DNA of 43,961 nucleotides from a virus: IMG/VR virus record IMGVR_UViG_3300045988_062034; one strand, 5' to 3'. Shown piece by piece: positions 5,416 to 13,191 of this stretch (position 1 is its first letter; each line of letters starts with the position of its first letter). The notes under the pieces were generated by a model. It saw only the letters and a program-made list of their open reading frames with translations, ran no database searches and was not told where the DNA came from. The position numbers and the translations under genes were made by a program.

Positions 5416-6720
5416 ATGACTCGCGCAGCTTTATATATCCGCGTAAGCACCGAGGAGCAAGCAAAGCATGGTCTGTCTATGGACGAGCAAGAATCCAATC
5501 TAAGAGATTACGCGAAAGCGCACGGCATGAAAGTTGTAGATTGCTATTTAGACGCGGGGAAGAGTGCTCGTAAAAGATATACAAAACGTCCAGAATTTAT
5601 GCGCTTATTGGCGGATATTGAGTCCGATAAAATTGATATGGTATTGTTCATAAAACTGGACCGGTGGTTCCGTAATATTTCAGATTATTATGAGGTTCAG
5701 CGCGTCCTTGATGCCCATAACGTTACCTGGAGAGCCACACAAGAGGACTACGAAACAGTCACGGCCTCCGGTCGGTTTAAGGTAAATATTATGCTCAGTG
5801 TCGCCCAGGACGAGGCGGACAGAACCAGCGAACGGATTAAATTTGTTTTTGAGGGTAAAAAAGAGAGAAATGAGCCCATAACGGGGAAGGTCCCAAGGGG
5901 GTACAAATTGGATGGGAAGTCAGTGGTCATTGACCCGGTCACCGGGCCTATGGTCCGCGCTGCGTTTGATATGTACCTGGAAACAGGATCGATCTCAAAA
6001 GTAATTAAAGCATATCCACAGCTTGAGTTGACTTACTTTTCGGCGCGGTATATGTTTTCAAATCCCGCGTACATGGGGCAATTCGCCGGAATATCAATAC
6101 CCGCCATCATATCCCAAGATGAATATAAAAAAGCGGACTCTCTCCGTGGACGCATTGTCCGTAAGACGACACAAAACCGGGTGTACCTCTTTTCCGGGCT
6201 TTTAATCTGTCCCGAGTGCGGTAATCGCTTGGGAGGATTTTCGGCATCCCGAGTGTATAAAGAAACTCATTACTACGGGTGCAGTTCGCACAGGAAAATG
6301 ACCGGATGCCCAAATAATAAAAGTTATAATGAGGAAAAAATTGAGGAGTACATGCTGGACCGCATAGAAGCAAAAGTACAGACATCAATTATTAGCCGCA
6401 ATGAGCAGAGAGCTGTATCACACAAGTCCCAGAGAGACGCGATCCAAAGAAAATTGTCCAAGCTGTCGGAGCTCTATATATCTGATTTAATCTCCCTCCA
6501 GGATTACAAAAAGCAATTTAGGGCGCTTAATGATGAGCTGGCAGCAATCCCGGAAGATATCCCGGATATTGACATTGAGGCATTAAAATCCCGATTTTGG
6601 GGCGACTGGAGACAGTTGTATGATGACTTGCCACGGGACGGTAAGCAATCTTTTTGGCGTAAAACAGTCAAAAAAATCTATTTATCTAGCGATTCAGTGG
6701 CCGATTTTGATTTAATCTAA
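5416..6720 (+). CDS. Large serine recombinase (phage integrase)
   Basis: N-terminal resolvase domain ALYIRVSTEEQ...GLSMDEQ. Recombinase and zinc-ribbon region LLICPECGNRLGG. C-terminal coiled coil. SD ggggcaggag upstream of the ATG. Confidence 0.9.
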   Translation: MTRAALYIRVSTEEQAKHGLSMDEQESNLRDYAKAHGMKVVDCYLDAGKSARKRYTKRPEFMRLLADIESDKIDMVLFIKLDRWFRNISDYYEVQRVLDAHNVTWRATQEDYETVTASGRFKVNIMLSVAQDEADRTSERIKFVFEGKKERNEPITGKVPRGYKLDGKSVVIDPVTGPMVRAAFDMYLETGSISKVIKAYPQLELTYFSARYMFSNPAYMGQFAGISIPAIISQDEYKKADSLRGRIVRKTTQNRVYLFSGLLICPECGNRLGGFSASRVYKETHYYGCSSHRKMTGCPNNKSYNEEKIEEYMLDRIEAKVQTSIISRNEQRAVSHKSQRDAIQRKLSKLSELYISDLISLQDYKKQFRALNDELAAIPEDIPDIDIEALKSRFWGDWRQLYDDLPRDGKQSFWRKTVKKIYLSSDSVADFDLI

Positions 6721-6722
6721 GC

Positions 6723-6770
6723 CGTTATATAATATGATTAAACCGTCAGGTTTTATCATATTATATAACG
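6723..6770. repeat. 48-bp near-perfect AT-rich palindrome immediately after the integrase stop. Candidate attP core.
   Basis: 22-nt arms with a single mismatch around the central gtca. Confidence 0.85.
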
Positions 6771-6776
6771 CATAAA

Positions 6777-6801
6777 ATGAGCCCCAGAAACTGGGGCTCA
6801 T
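6777..6801. terminator. Bidirectional terminator between the integrase and the convergent cargo operon
   Basis: atgagccccag aaa ctggggctcat, flanked by an A-run and a T-run. Confidence 0.7.
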
Positions 6802-6804
6802 TTG

Positions 6805-7140
6805 CTACACTGCGTCTATTTTCCGCATAACGCTATTGTACACTCTTGTGTTGACTACTTTGAGCGTGTCCATTAACTCATCCATGATATCCCACACCGC
6901 CGCAGGGTCTTTGCCCTCCACGGCCCGCAAAAAGTCGCTGTCGCCGTACCGGATTACACGAGTGGGGGCTTCCAGGTCCGCTGGTGTTGCAGAGTAGGCC
7001 CGCTCATAGCCTTGATCTGCATGCCGGGTCATTTGGTCCCGGATTGTGTAGAGGCTTGCCAGCTTTGCGTAGTTACTATAGCTGGAGTCTTTATACTCCA
7101 GTTCGGCGATTGCTACGCCGATTTCTTTGGCGTCCAACAT
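6805..7140 (-). CDS. Hypothetical protein (111 aa), last gene of the cargo operon
   Basis: Clean ORF with phage-like codon usage. No domain recognised. Confidence 0.6.
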   Translation of the reverse strand: MLDAKEIGVAIAELEYKDSSYSNYAKLASLYTIRDQMTRHADQGYERAYSATPADLEAPTRVIRYGDSDFLRAVEGKDPAAVWDIMDELMDTLKVVNTRVYNSVMRKIDAV

Positions 7141-7155
7141 ATGGCCGCCTCCTTT

Positions 7156-7593
7156 TTAGGTGGACTCTAGCTGGTTGATACAACGGCGGATTGCATCTCG
7201 CTCTTTGTCATTACTGGCGTTACGCTCCATCTCTTCCAGCTGCGTCATCATGTGCTCTTTTGCCCCATCTCGGCTATAACGGCCCATGCTGTCGCGGCGG
7301 CGCTCGCTATAGTCTCCGCCGTCTCTGCTGTAGTGGCCTCTTACATAATGCTTGCCACGGCTTGCGTAGCTGCTTCCGCGCCCATAATTGCCACGGCCCT
7401 CCATCTCCCAGTCTCCGGCCTGGCTATAGCCACCATCCTCATCCATGATAATGATTTTATCAATGTTTTTAATGGTGTCTGTGAGTTTATGGATAGTTTC
7501 GAGGTCGCCTGCGGACATTTCCTGCTTTTTTGCGATTTCGTCCAGCTCGTCGCAGAGCATTTCGCGTAGGTCCTCTAAGGCTCTCATGCTCAT
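7156..7593 (-). CDS. Hypothetical protein with a helical N-terminus and an R/G/Y/S/D-rich low-complexity core
   Basis: SD ggagaggagag upstream of ATG 7593. Contains GRGNYGRGSSYASRGKHYVRGHYSRDGGDYSERRRDSMGRYSRDG. Confidence 0.6.
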   Translation of the reverse strand: MSMRALEDLREMLCDELDEIAKKQEMSAGDLETIHKLTDTIKNIDKIIIMDEDGGYSQAGDWEMEGRGNYGRGSSYASRGKHYVRGHYSRDGGDYSERRRDSMGRYSRDGAKEHMMTQLEEMERNASNDKERDAIRRCINQLEST

Positions 7594-7610
7594 AATATCT
7601 CTCCTCTCCA

Positions 7611-8033
7611 TTAGCATACACGCTCGGCAATCAGATTGCTGTTTGCAACATTGATCGCCTGAGTGCTGGTATTTTCGACTGCTACCGTCACACAGCATCC
7701 ACGCGGCACCTCGATAAAGACTGCCGTGAACACGTTGAAATAGTCTTCCACCGCAGCGGGCGTTACAATTGCAGTTGCGCTGGCAAGCGGCTCACCGCTC
7801 ACAGACAAAGCAATGGAGATCGGAGACACGGCCCCGCCGGTGGGGATTGCAATGTTTCCGCCAAAGCTCACTTTGTACCGTGCCCGGCACTGGTTAGTCT
7901 GGCCCCGCAGGGTCACAATGCCAGCTCCTTCACGATGGACGATACAGCTTCCCCCAGATACGGAAGTTTCGGTAAGGGGCACATTCTGCCCAGCGGCTAC
8001 AGTCACAGGGCCAATATTCGTATACTCAGCCAT
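7611..8033 (-). CDS. All-beta protein resembling the C1q/TNF-like C-terminal domain of BclA-type exosporium proteins (tentative)
   Basis: Alternating beta-strand pattern of about 140 aa with terminal Cys residues. Resemblance judged by eye only. ATG 8033. Confidence 0.4.
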   Translation of the reverse strand: MAEYTNIGPVTVAAGQNVPLTETSVSGGSCIVHREGAGIVTLRGQTNQCRARYKVSFGGNIAIPTGGAVSPISIALSVSGEPLASATAIVTPAAVEDYFNVFTAVFIEVPRGCCVTVAVENTSTQAINVANSNLIAERVC

Positions 8034-8170
8034 AAAATCAATCCTTTCTAAATGCCTCGATTTCGAGGCGGTTAAAATAAGCGGCGAGGCCATTGCCCCG
8101 CCGCTATGTTCAAAATCGGCACGGGGCCGAACAATTTCGTGATGTCACGAAATAGATGCAGTTATGCAGT

Positions 8171-8914
8171 TTAGCAGCCGCAGGGATTGCAGCAGCTTCC
8201 ATAAACACCTGTATAGGGGTTTGCCACCTGATAAGCCGGGACGGGCAGAGGTGCGGTGCGGCGAAGAATCTCCGCAGTATTCGCATCCATAGCCGCCTGG
8301 AGTACCGCGTTCTGGTTCGCCTGAGACGCAGCCAGCCGGAGACTCTGATTTTCGGCCTGGAGAGTAGAAATCTTATCCTGGCACAGATAATCGAGGATGG
8401 CCCTGGAATTGGCATTGGCATTGTCAATAATGTCCCTGGTGTTGTTGTTCATGGTGTTCTGGAGGGCGCATGTATTGGTTGCCATGTTGTAATTCACGCC
8501 GTCAATCGCCCGCTGGGTCTCGCAGCAGCAGTTCTGAGCCTGCATAGCCATATTGTTGAGCTGCTGCATCAGGGCCGACTGCTGATTGCACCGGGACAGT
8601 TCCGCATTGGAGAAGCCGGTATTGATGGCGTTGTTAAGGGAATAGGTGCTGTCACAAATACCCTGGGTGATGCCGTCCAGCTTGGTTACAACGGAGGAGT
8701 GGTCAAATCCGCGCTGGACCTCAGAACCGACGCCGCCGTTCATGCCGCCACCATCTCCTCCCCAGCCGTTGTTGCCCCAGCCGCAGAAAACAAACAAAAA
8801 CAGGATAATAATCCACCACGCACCATCTCCGCCAAAGCCGCCGAAGCCGTTTCCGCCCATATTGGTGGGTGCAACAGGCATAGTCATCACAGTACCATCA
8901 GAACTCAAAGACAT
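8171..8914 (-). CDS. Membrane protein with a Gly/Trp-rich N-terminus, one transmembrane helix, an N/Q-rich coiled region and a Cys-rich tail
   Basis: GGFGGDGAWWIIILFLFVFCGWGNNGWGGDGGG, internal CCC, C-terminal SCCNPCGC. SD aaaggaga upstream of ATG 8914. Confidence 0.65.
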   Translation of the reverse strand: MSLSSDGTVMTMPVAPTNMGGNGFGGFGGDGAWWIIILFLFVFCGWGNNGWGGDGGGMNGGVGSEVQRGFDHSSVVTKLDGITQGICDSTYSLNNAINTGFSNAELSRCNQQSALMQQLNNMAMQAQNCCCETQRAIDGVNYNMATNTCALQNTMNNNTRDIIDNANANSRAILDYLCQDKISTLQAENQSLRLAASQANQNAVLQAAMDANTAEILRRTAPLPVPAYQVANPYTGVYGSCCNPCGC

Positions 8915-8985
8915 ATGTAGTCTCCTTTCGCATTTACAAAATAATTTTAAGGTTGCTATATTAAATCGTGGCCACGATTATAGCC

Positions 8986-9213
8986 TTATTTGGGCATAAG
9001 CTGCTGAAATTGTCTCGCCATATTCTGCAATTGGTTGAGCTGACTCTGATTCATTTTTCCGGATTGCAGCAGTTTTTCCACCTCTGCTTTCGGGTCCCCC
9101 TGGAAATTCGCCCGGAATTGCTGAAACTGCTGCATCATCTGTGCAAAATTACCCATTGGGCCAGACATAGAGGGCATATTGCCTCCGAGCATAGAAAAGA
9201 GCGGATTAGGCAT
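8986..9213 (-). CDS. Small Q/M-rich hypothetical protein (75 aa)
   Basis: SD gaaggagga upstream of ATG 9213. 8-nt overlap with the upstream gene. Confidence 0.6.
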   Translation of the reverse strand: MPNPLFSMLGGNMPSMSGPMGNFAQMMQQFQQFRANFQGDPKAEVEKLLQSGKMNQSQLNQLQNMARQFQQLMPK

Positions 9214-9700
9214 TATCTGTATCCTCCTTCGCAGATTTTCTCGCGGGCTTGGCAGTATCTTTGATTGTCAGAGCGTCTAAACGAGCCGCCAGGGCCTCAA
9301 CCTCCGCTTTTGTAGCAAACTCTACATTGGGGGGCATATTGGCCGGAGTCGCAATTTTAGGTGTAGCTGTGCGCTCGGTATAGTCGAAGATCCTCAGCGG
9401 TTGTGGCATGCCGGACGCATCGGTGCTCTTGATATAAAACGTGCTGGACTCGCTGTCCATCAACATCACGCTATTGCCCGCCGCAACCAAAAATCCTTTT
9501 GCGCCTTCTTCACCCTGGCACCAGATAATCCCGTTGGATGTGGGCTGATTTTGCTGCGGCTGCTGCATCTGGGGCGGCTGTACTACGGGCTGCGCGATTG
9601 GCTGGAACTGATTCTGCCGCAGTTGCGCAAGCTGATCCGGCATAGGTGGTTGATAATACCCAGGCTGATAGCCGCCAAAATAGGGTTGAGCAAATGCCAT
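9206..9700 (-). CDS. Hypothetical protein with a Q/P/Y-rich N-terminus and a conserved-looking globular core
   Basis: YFGGYQPGYYQPPMPDQ...QPPQMQQPQQNQP, then IIWCQGEEGAKGFLVAAGNSVMLMDSESSTFYIKSTDASGMPQPLRIFDY. Confidence 0.65.
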   Translation of the reverse strand: MAFAQPYFGGYQPGYYQPPMPDQLAQLRQNQFQPIAQPVVQPPQMQQPQQNQPTSNGIIWCQGEEGAKGFLVAAGNSVMLMDSESSTFYIKSTDASGMPQPLRIFDYTERTATPKIATPANMPPNVEFATKAEVEALAARLDALTIKDTAKPARKSAKEDTDNA

Positions 9701-10093
9701 TTAAGATTCATCCTTTCTTTCGCACCAGTAATATAACGGGACTCCACCACCAGAATCCCATGTATCGATCCAGTTCCCGCCACTGACACATACCACATGG
9801 CCTGACAGAGCTAAAATATATGTACCATCCGGATGTTCCTCTGCAAAATCAGACACGTTGTAACAGTCTGGGCAAGTATCCGGCACAATACGGCGTACAA
9901 AGCCTTTAGACCTGAGATAGGCACCCCATACAGAATTTGCTGAGGGAAGATCGCCCATCAAAAACCCCTGGAGAGCTAATCCAATGTAAGTTTCCTCCCA
10001 GCTTTGGTCCAGTGCTGTAGAAATTGCTCTGACTGTGCAGTCCCCTACATTTTTTCCGTCTGGGTTTGCATTGTATTTGATATATCTTCCCAT
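9701..10093 (-). CDS. Putative papain-like (C39/NlpC-like) cysteine peptidase fold protein
   Basis: Candidate catalytic Cys in NVGDCTVRAIS and His in LSGHVVCV, then DTWDSG. Assignment by motif only. Confidence 0.45.
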   Translation of the reverse strand: MGRYIKYNANPDGKNVGDCTVRAISTALDQSWEETYIGLALQGFLMGDLPSANSVWGAYLRSKGFVRRIVPDTCPDCYNVSDFAEEHPDGTYILALSGHVVCVSGGNWIDTWDSGGGVPLYYWCERKDES

Positions 10094-10275
10094 TCTCCAT
10101 TTTTCTCCGCAGTTGAGATTTGAGCATTTGCTTTTATTTTTATGCTCTCATTTGCGCACAAAAAGGATTCGAGTCCATCAAAATCTCCGCAAATATAATA
10201 CCGGTAATAGATATCTCTGGCATTTGGCTCGGAGAATCCGCAGTTGATAAGCCGTGTTATCATCTCGTTTCCCAT
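10045..10275 (-). CDS. Small hypothetical protein (76 aa)
   Basis: SD agaggtga upstream of ATG 10275. The 3' end overlaps the next gene by 49 nt. Confidence 0.45.
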   Translation of the reverse strand: MGNEMITRLINCGFSEPNARDIYYRYYICGDFDGLESFLCANESIKIKANAQISTAEKNGEWEDISNTMQTQTEKM

Positions 10276-10359
10276 AAGGATCACCTCTGCCTTTACTATA
10301 CAAAAAAATCGCCTCCACTGGGTGGCAATCCAGTGAAGGCGTGTGCGTGTTTTGTGAAA

Positions 10360-10605
10360 TTATGTGTAATTTAGCCTTTGGGCAGTCGATTCGACCTTAT
10401 CAATGATGCGCGGAAGCCGTCTTGATATTGTGGAGCGCTCGCACCCGTATTCTGTTGCGATATCAATTTGAGGTATTTGCTCTATCAAATACCTCTGCGC
10501 TATCCCGGTGTCTGTTTTCCCGAGATTCGCCTGGTAAATTGCCTGTTCAATTTCCGACCGCAATAGATTTTTCAGGGTTTCGGGCATGTTAACGTGCGCT
10601 CCCAC
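10360..10605 (-). CDS. Sigma-70 region-4-like HTH protein (small transcription activator)
   Basis: IAQRYLIEQIPQIDIATEYGCERSTISRRLPRIIDKV resembles sigma region 4. GTG 10605 follows SD gagggag. An alternative start is ATG 10587. Confidence 0.55.
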   Translation of the reverse strand: MGAHVNMPETLKNLLRSEIEQAIYQANLGKTDTGIAQRYLIEQIPQIDIATEYGCERSTISRRLPRIIDKVESTAQRLNYT

Positions 10606-10665
10606 ATTTACACTCCCTCTTCAAAGATATCAAATCTCAACTTGAATGCTAGGTCAGGGATTATC

Positions 10666-10917
10666 TTATGCTTTGTGCTCCAGGGATCCGATTCGCCGCT
10701 CGTGGTCGTCCAGCCGACCATCTTGCTCATCATTGTGGTCCCACAGGCGTTTGTGGATTTCTCGGTTGTGCTCGGTCTGCTTATCCATATCGGTACGCAG
10801 CCCCTTGACTTGGATTGTCAGCTCGGTAATGGACCTCGTGAGTGATACAATCGGCTTAATAATTGCCGCCCCAAGGCCCACAAGGGCGATAATCACTGTT
10901 ACTGTGGTCCACTCCAT
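10666..10917 (-). CDS. BhlA/UviB-like holin-associated protein (N-terminal transmembrane helix plus coiled coil)
   Basis: MEWTTVTVIIALVGLGAAII followed by a charged coiled coil. SD aaggaggg. Directly follows the holin. Confidence 0.55.
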   Translation of the reverse strand: MEWTTVTVIIALVGLGAAIIKPIVSLTRSITELTIQVKGLRTDMDKQTEHNREIHKRLWDHNDEQDGRLDDHERRIGSLEHKA

Positions 10918-10920
10918 CGC

Positions 10921-11199
10921 TTAGCCCTCCTTGCCTCCGGTAAGCTGTTTATAGACCTGATTGACGCCTGTTGCCGCGAGACCGGAGACGATGCCAACTG
11001 CAACGGCGGTGATGTAGTCCTGCGCCGGGTAATCCGGCATGATGCGCATCGCCAGCGAACCCAGCGCACCGCCCACCGCACCGCAGATGACCGGGAGCCA
11101 TTTGTTGTCCAGCGCCGTGGCCTTGGCGGCTTGGGCCACCAGTAGACAGATGATTGTGATCGCGGGCAGCGCCGCAATGCCAAGCTCAGTGATATCCAT
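10921..11199 (-). CDS. Phage holin
   Basis: Three hydrophobic segments in about 92 aa. Sits between the endolysin and the BhlA-like gene. SD ggagg upstream of ATG 11199. Confidence 0.7.
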   Translation of the reverse strand: MDITELGIAALPAITIICLLVAQAAKATALDNKWLPVICGAVGGALGSLAMRIMPDYPAQDYITAVAVGIVSGLAATGVNQVYKQLTGGKEG

Positions 11200-11213
11200 A
11201 GTAAGTACCTCCG

Positions 11214-12560
11214 TCAAATCAAGTTTAATCTATCTAATACCACGGCTAGTTCCTGCCGGGTGATCGGTTCTGTAGGCCGGGTGCCGTCCATGACACCATT
11301 GCTCTTGGCCTTTTGCCACGCCTCAGCGGCCCAATCGGCTGCTGGGATATCTGTGCCATCACCGCCACTCTCAGCCGTCCAGTCGATGCCCAGGAAGTCG
11401 CACACGCCCTTTGCCGTGGCCTCTGCCAGCTTGTCCCGGTAGGAGATGTCTTTCAGCAGACCAATGTCCTCCTGGTTGGTGTGGAATCCATACTCGATGA
11501 GCACGGCGGGTGCGTCGGTCTTTGCCAACACCGTGTACTCGATCTGGTGGGCGACGCCGCTTCCGTGGAGCCGTACCCCGGCCTCGTGGGCCCGGTTGAC
11601 AATGGCAGTGGCAGCCACATTGCGCTTGGCCGTCATGGGCCCGCTGGAGGTATAGACCAGCAGCCCCCGCGCCGTCCCCCAGCCGGAGCCGCCATCGGCG
11701 TTGGAGTGCAGAGAGACAAACAGGTCCGCTCCCGCCTTGTTGCTCACCTCGCAACGGGCGGTCAGACTGGGCTTGGTGTCCTCCGTCCTGGTGCAGATCA
11801 CATTGACGCCATGCCGTTCCAACAGCGGGCGGATGCGGGTATACATATCCCAGGCAAATTCTCTCTCTTTGTAACTCCCGTCTGGAGACCCATTGACCGT
11901 ATCCGGTCCGTGGCCGGGGTCAAGACATACGGTGTATTTTGTGCTCATAGGCTTGTCCTCCTTATCGCTGTCGTCGGGCTCGGATGGGGCCCTCTTTCTG
12001 GTGTAGACCAGGATGAGGTTGTGTACCTTCCGGCTGCTGACGATCCGTTTCCCCGCCAGATCACACTGAGAGGAGCCGCCGCCGTCCAGCATGACGGAGC
12101 TCTCCCACCCCAGGGCCAGCAGCTCGACCTGGAGCTCCTCCGGCGTCCGCCCGCTGTCGGTGCAGTAGAGGCACAGCGCCCCGTCCTTGAGCCCTATGGC
12201 TGTTCTGGGCCTGCTGCCCCCTACATCCCGGTTATAAATCAGCGTTTCGGCTTTCCCACCCCGCAACAGACACACACAGCAGATGTAATTCCGCCGCTCC
12301 GCCGCAGGGACAGAGCGCAGGGTGATGTCCGGCCCTGTGTCCCAGGCATAGCCCCAGTAGGTATACGGGTCCTTAGCATAGGTCCGCCCATCCGCCCGAA
12401 GGTGGCACACAGCCTTGGGCCCCTGGTACAGTCCGCCGTTAATCAGATAGTCCGCCCCGGTCTCCGCCTTGATCTCGGCCAGGGTCTTGACCGACTTGTT
12501 GATGTATATCTGGACGCGCTCGATGTCCCCCAGTGGGATGGAGGCGACGTACTTACTCAT
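11214..12560 (-). CDS. Multidomain endolysin: phosphodiester-glycosidase-like (NAGPA/DUF2233) domain, N-acetylmuramoyl-L-alanine amidase (Amidase_3) and an SLH-like C-terminus
   Basis: RTAIGLKDGALCLY...MLDGGGSS; CLDPGHGPD...LFVSLHSNA; C-terminal ITRQELAVVLDRL. Confidence 0.8.
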   Translation of the reverse strand: MSKYVASIPLGDIERVQIYINKSVKTLAEIKAETGADYLINGGLYQGPKAVCHLRADGRTYAKDPYTYWGYAWDTGPDITLRSVPAAERRNYICCVCLLRGGKAETLIYNRDVGGSRPRTAIGLKDGALCLYCTDSGRTPEELQVELLALGWESSVMLDGGGSSQCDLAGKRIVSSRKVHNLILVYTRKRAPSEPDDSDKEDKPMSTKYTVCLDPGHGPDTVNGSPDGSYKEREFAWDMYTRIRPLLERHGVNVICTRTEDTKPSLTARCEVSNKAGADLFVSLHSNADGGSGWGTARGLLVYTSSGPMTAKRNVAATAIVNRAHEAGVRLHGSGVAHQIEYTVLAKTDAPAVLIEYGFHTNQEDIGLLKDISYRDKLAEATAKGVCDFLGIDWTAESGGDGTDIPAADWAAEAWQKAKSNGVMDGTRPTEPITRQELAVVLDRLNLI

Positions 12561-12876
12561 CGCCCTCAGCCGCCTCCACAGCCCCGCGCATCAGCTCCAC
12601 CGCCTCGGCGTACCGCCCGGCCCTGTGTAGCTCCACCAGCGCCTTGTAGTGGTCAAATACCGCCTGAGTGAGGGGCGCTCCCTCATTGATCAGTCTGGGC
12701 AGATCCTCCGCCAGCGCGGCGTAGTCCACATTCCCCGCGTCCCTGTAGTGGGGCAGCGTGGGGTCCCCGGCGTTCTGGATGTTGGCCAAAAACATATCCT
12801 TGGCGTTCTGCGGCTCCGCGTGATTGACTTCGGCGATGTCCATGATCTCGTTGATGTACTCGTAGAGGTGTTTCAT
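12553..12876 (-). CDS. Hypothetical protein (107 aa)
   Basis: Clean ORF that overlaps the endolysin start by 8 nt. Confidence 0.6.
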   Translation of the reverse strand: MKHLYEYINEIMDIAEVNHAEPQNAKDMFLANIQNAGDPTLPHYRDAGNVDYAALAEDLPRLINEGAPLTQAVFDHYKALVELHRAGRYAEAVELMRGAVEAAEGDE

Positions 12877-12907
12877 AATAAATTTCCTTTCCGGCCAAGT
12901 TGGCCTG

Positions 12908-13024
12908 TCACATATGGATAATCTCTTCCGCCTGATCGGCAGTGATCCACTTCGGGGCCATGGAGCGCACCTGCTCCGCCGTCAGACGGCCCAGACGATA
13001 CTGGATGCGGATAAACTCAACCAT
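12908..13024 (-). CDS. xkdX: XkdX-family small phage protein (38 aa). Below the ORF-track cut-off.
   Basis: MVEFIRIQYRLGRLTAEQVRSMAPKWITADQAEEIIHM. ATG overlaps the upstream stop (ATGgtTGA). Confidence 0.6.
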   Translation of the reverse strand: MVEFIRIQYRLGRLTAEQVRSMAPKWITADQAEEIIHM

Positions 13025-13187
13025 CGCCTGTCCCTCCCATCATCAGCTCCAGCATGGCCGCCTCCAGCGCGGAGAGCCGTTCCGCCTCTGTGGGCGAGAT
13101 GGGAGGCTGGGCCTGTCCCATGGCCTCCAGCTCCGCGAGCTCTTCTGCTGTCATGAGGATTTTGACATTATCTATTACTTTGTACAT
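13017..13187 (-). CDS. Small hypothetical protein (56 aa), XkdW position. Below the ORF-track cut-off.
   Basis: ATG 13187 lies just after the tail-fibre stop. Reads MYKVIDNVKILMTAEELAELEAMGQAQPPISPTEAERLSALEAAMLELMMGGTGDG. Confidence 0.45.
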   Translation of the reverse strand: MYKVIDNVKILMTAEELAELEAMGQAQPPISPTEAERLSALEAAMLELMMGGTGDG

Positions 13188-13191
13188 ATCG

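Noticed and set aside
9906-10127. 73-aa minus-strand ORF overlapping the junction of genes 9701-10093 and 10045-10275
   Set aside because: It is in an alternative frame across two better-supported genes, and it is basic and low-complexity with no independent SD.
11313-12671. Very long plus-strand ORFs antisense to minus-strand genes. This one is an example. Others are 33-657, 8156-8920, 19023-19961, 27015-28337, 35092-35793, 37223-37987 and 39582-40319.
   Set aside because: They lie opposite genes with clear homology-type motifs (endolysin, tape measure, MuF, DnaB and others). They are Arg/Pro/Gly/Ala-rich with no motifs and lack SD sequences. Long shadow ORFs are expected in GC-rich coding DNA.
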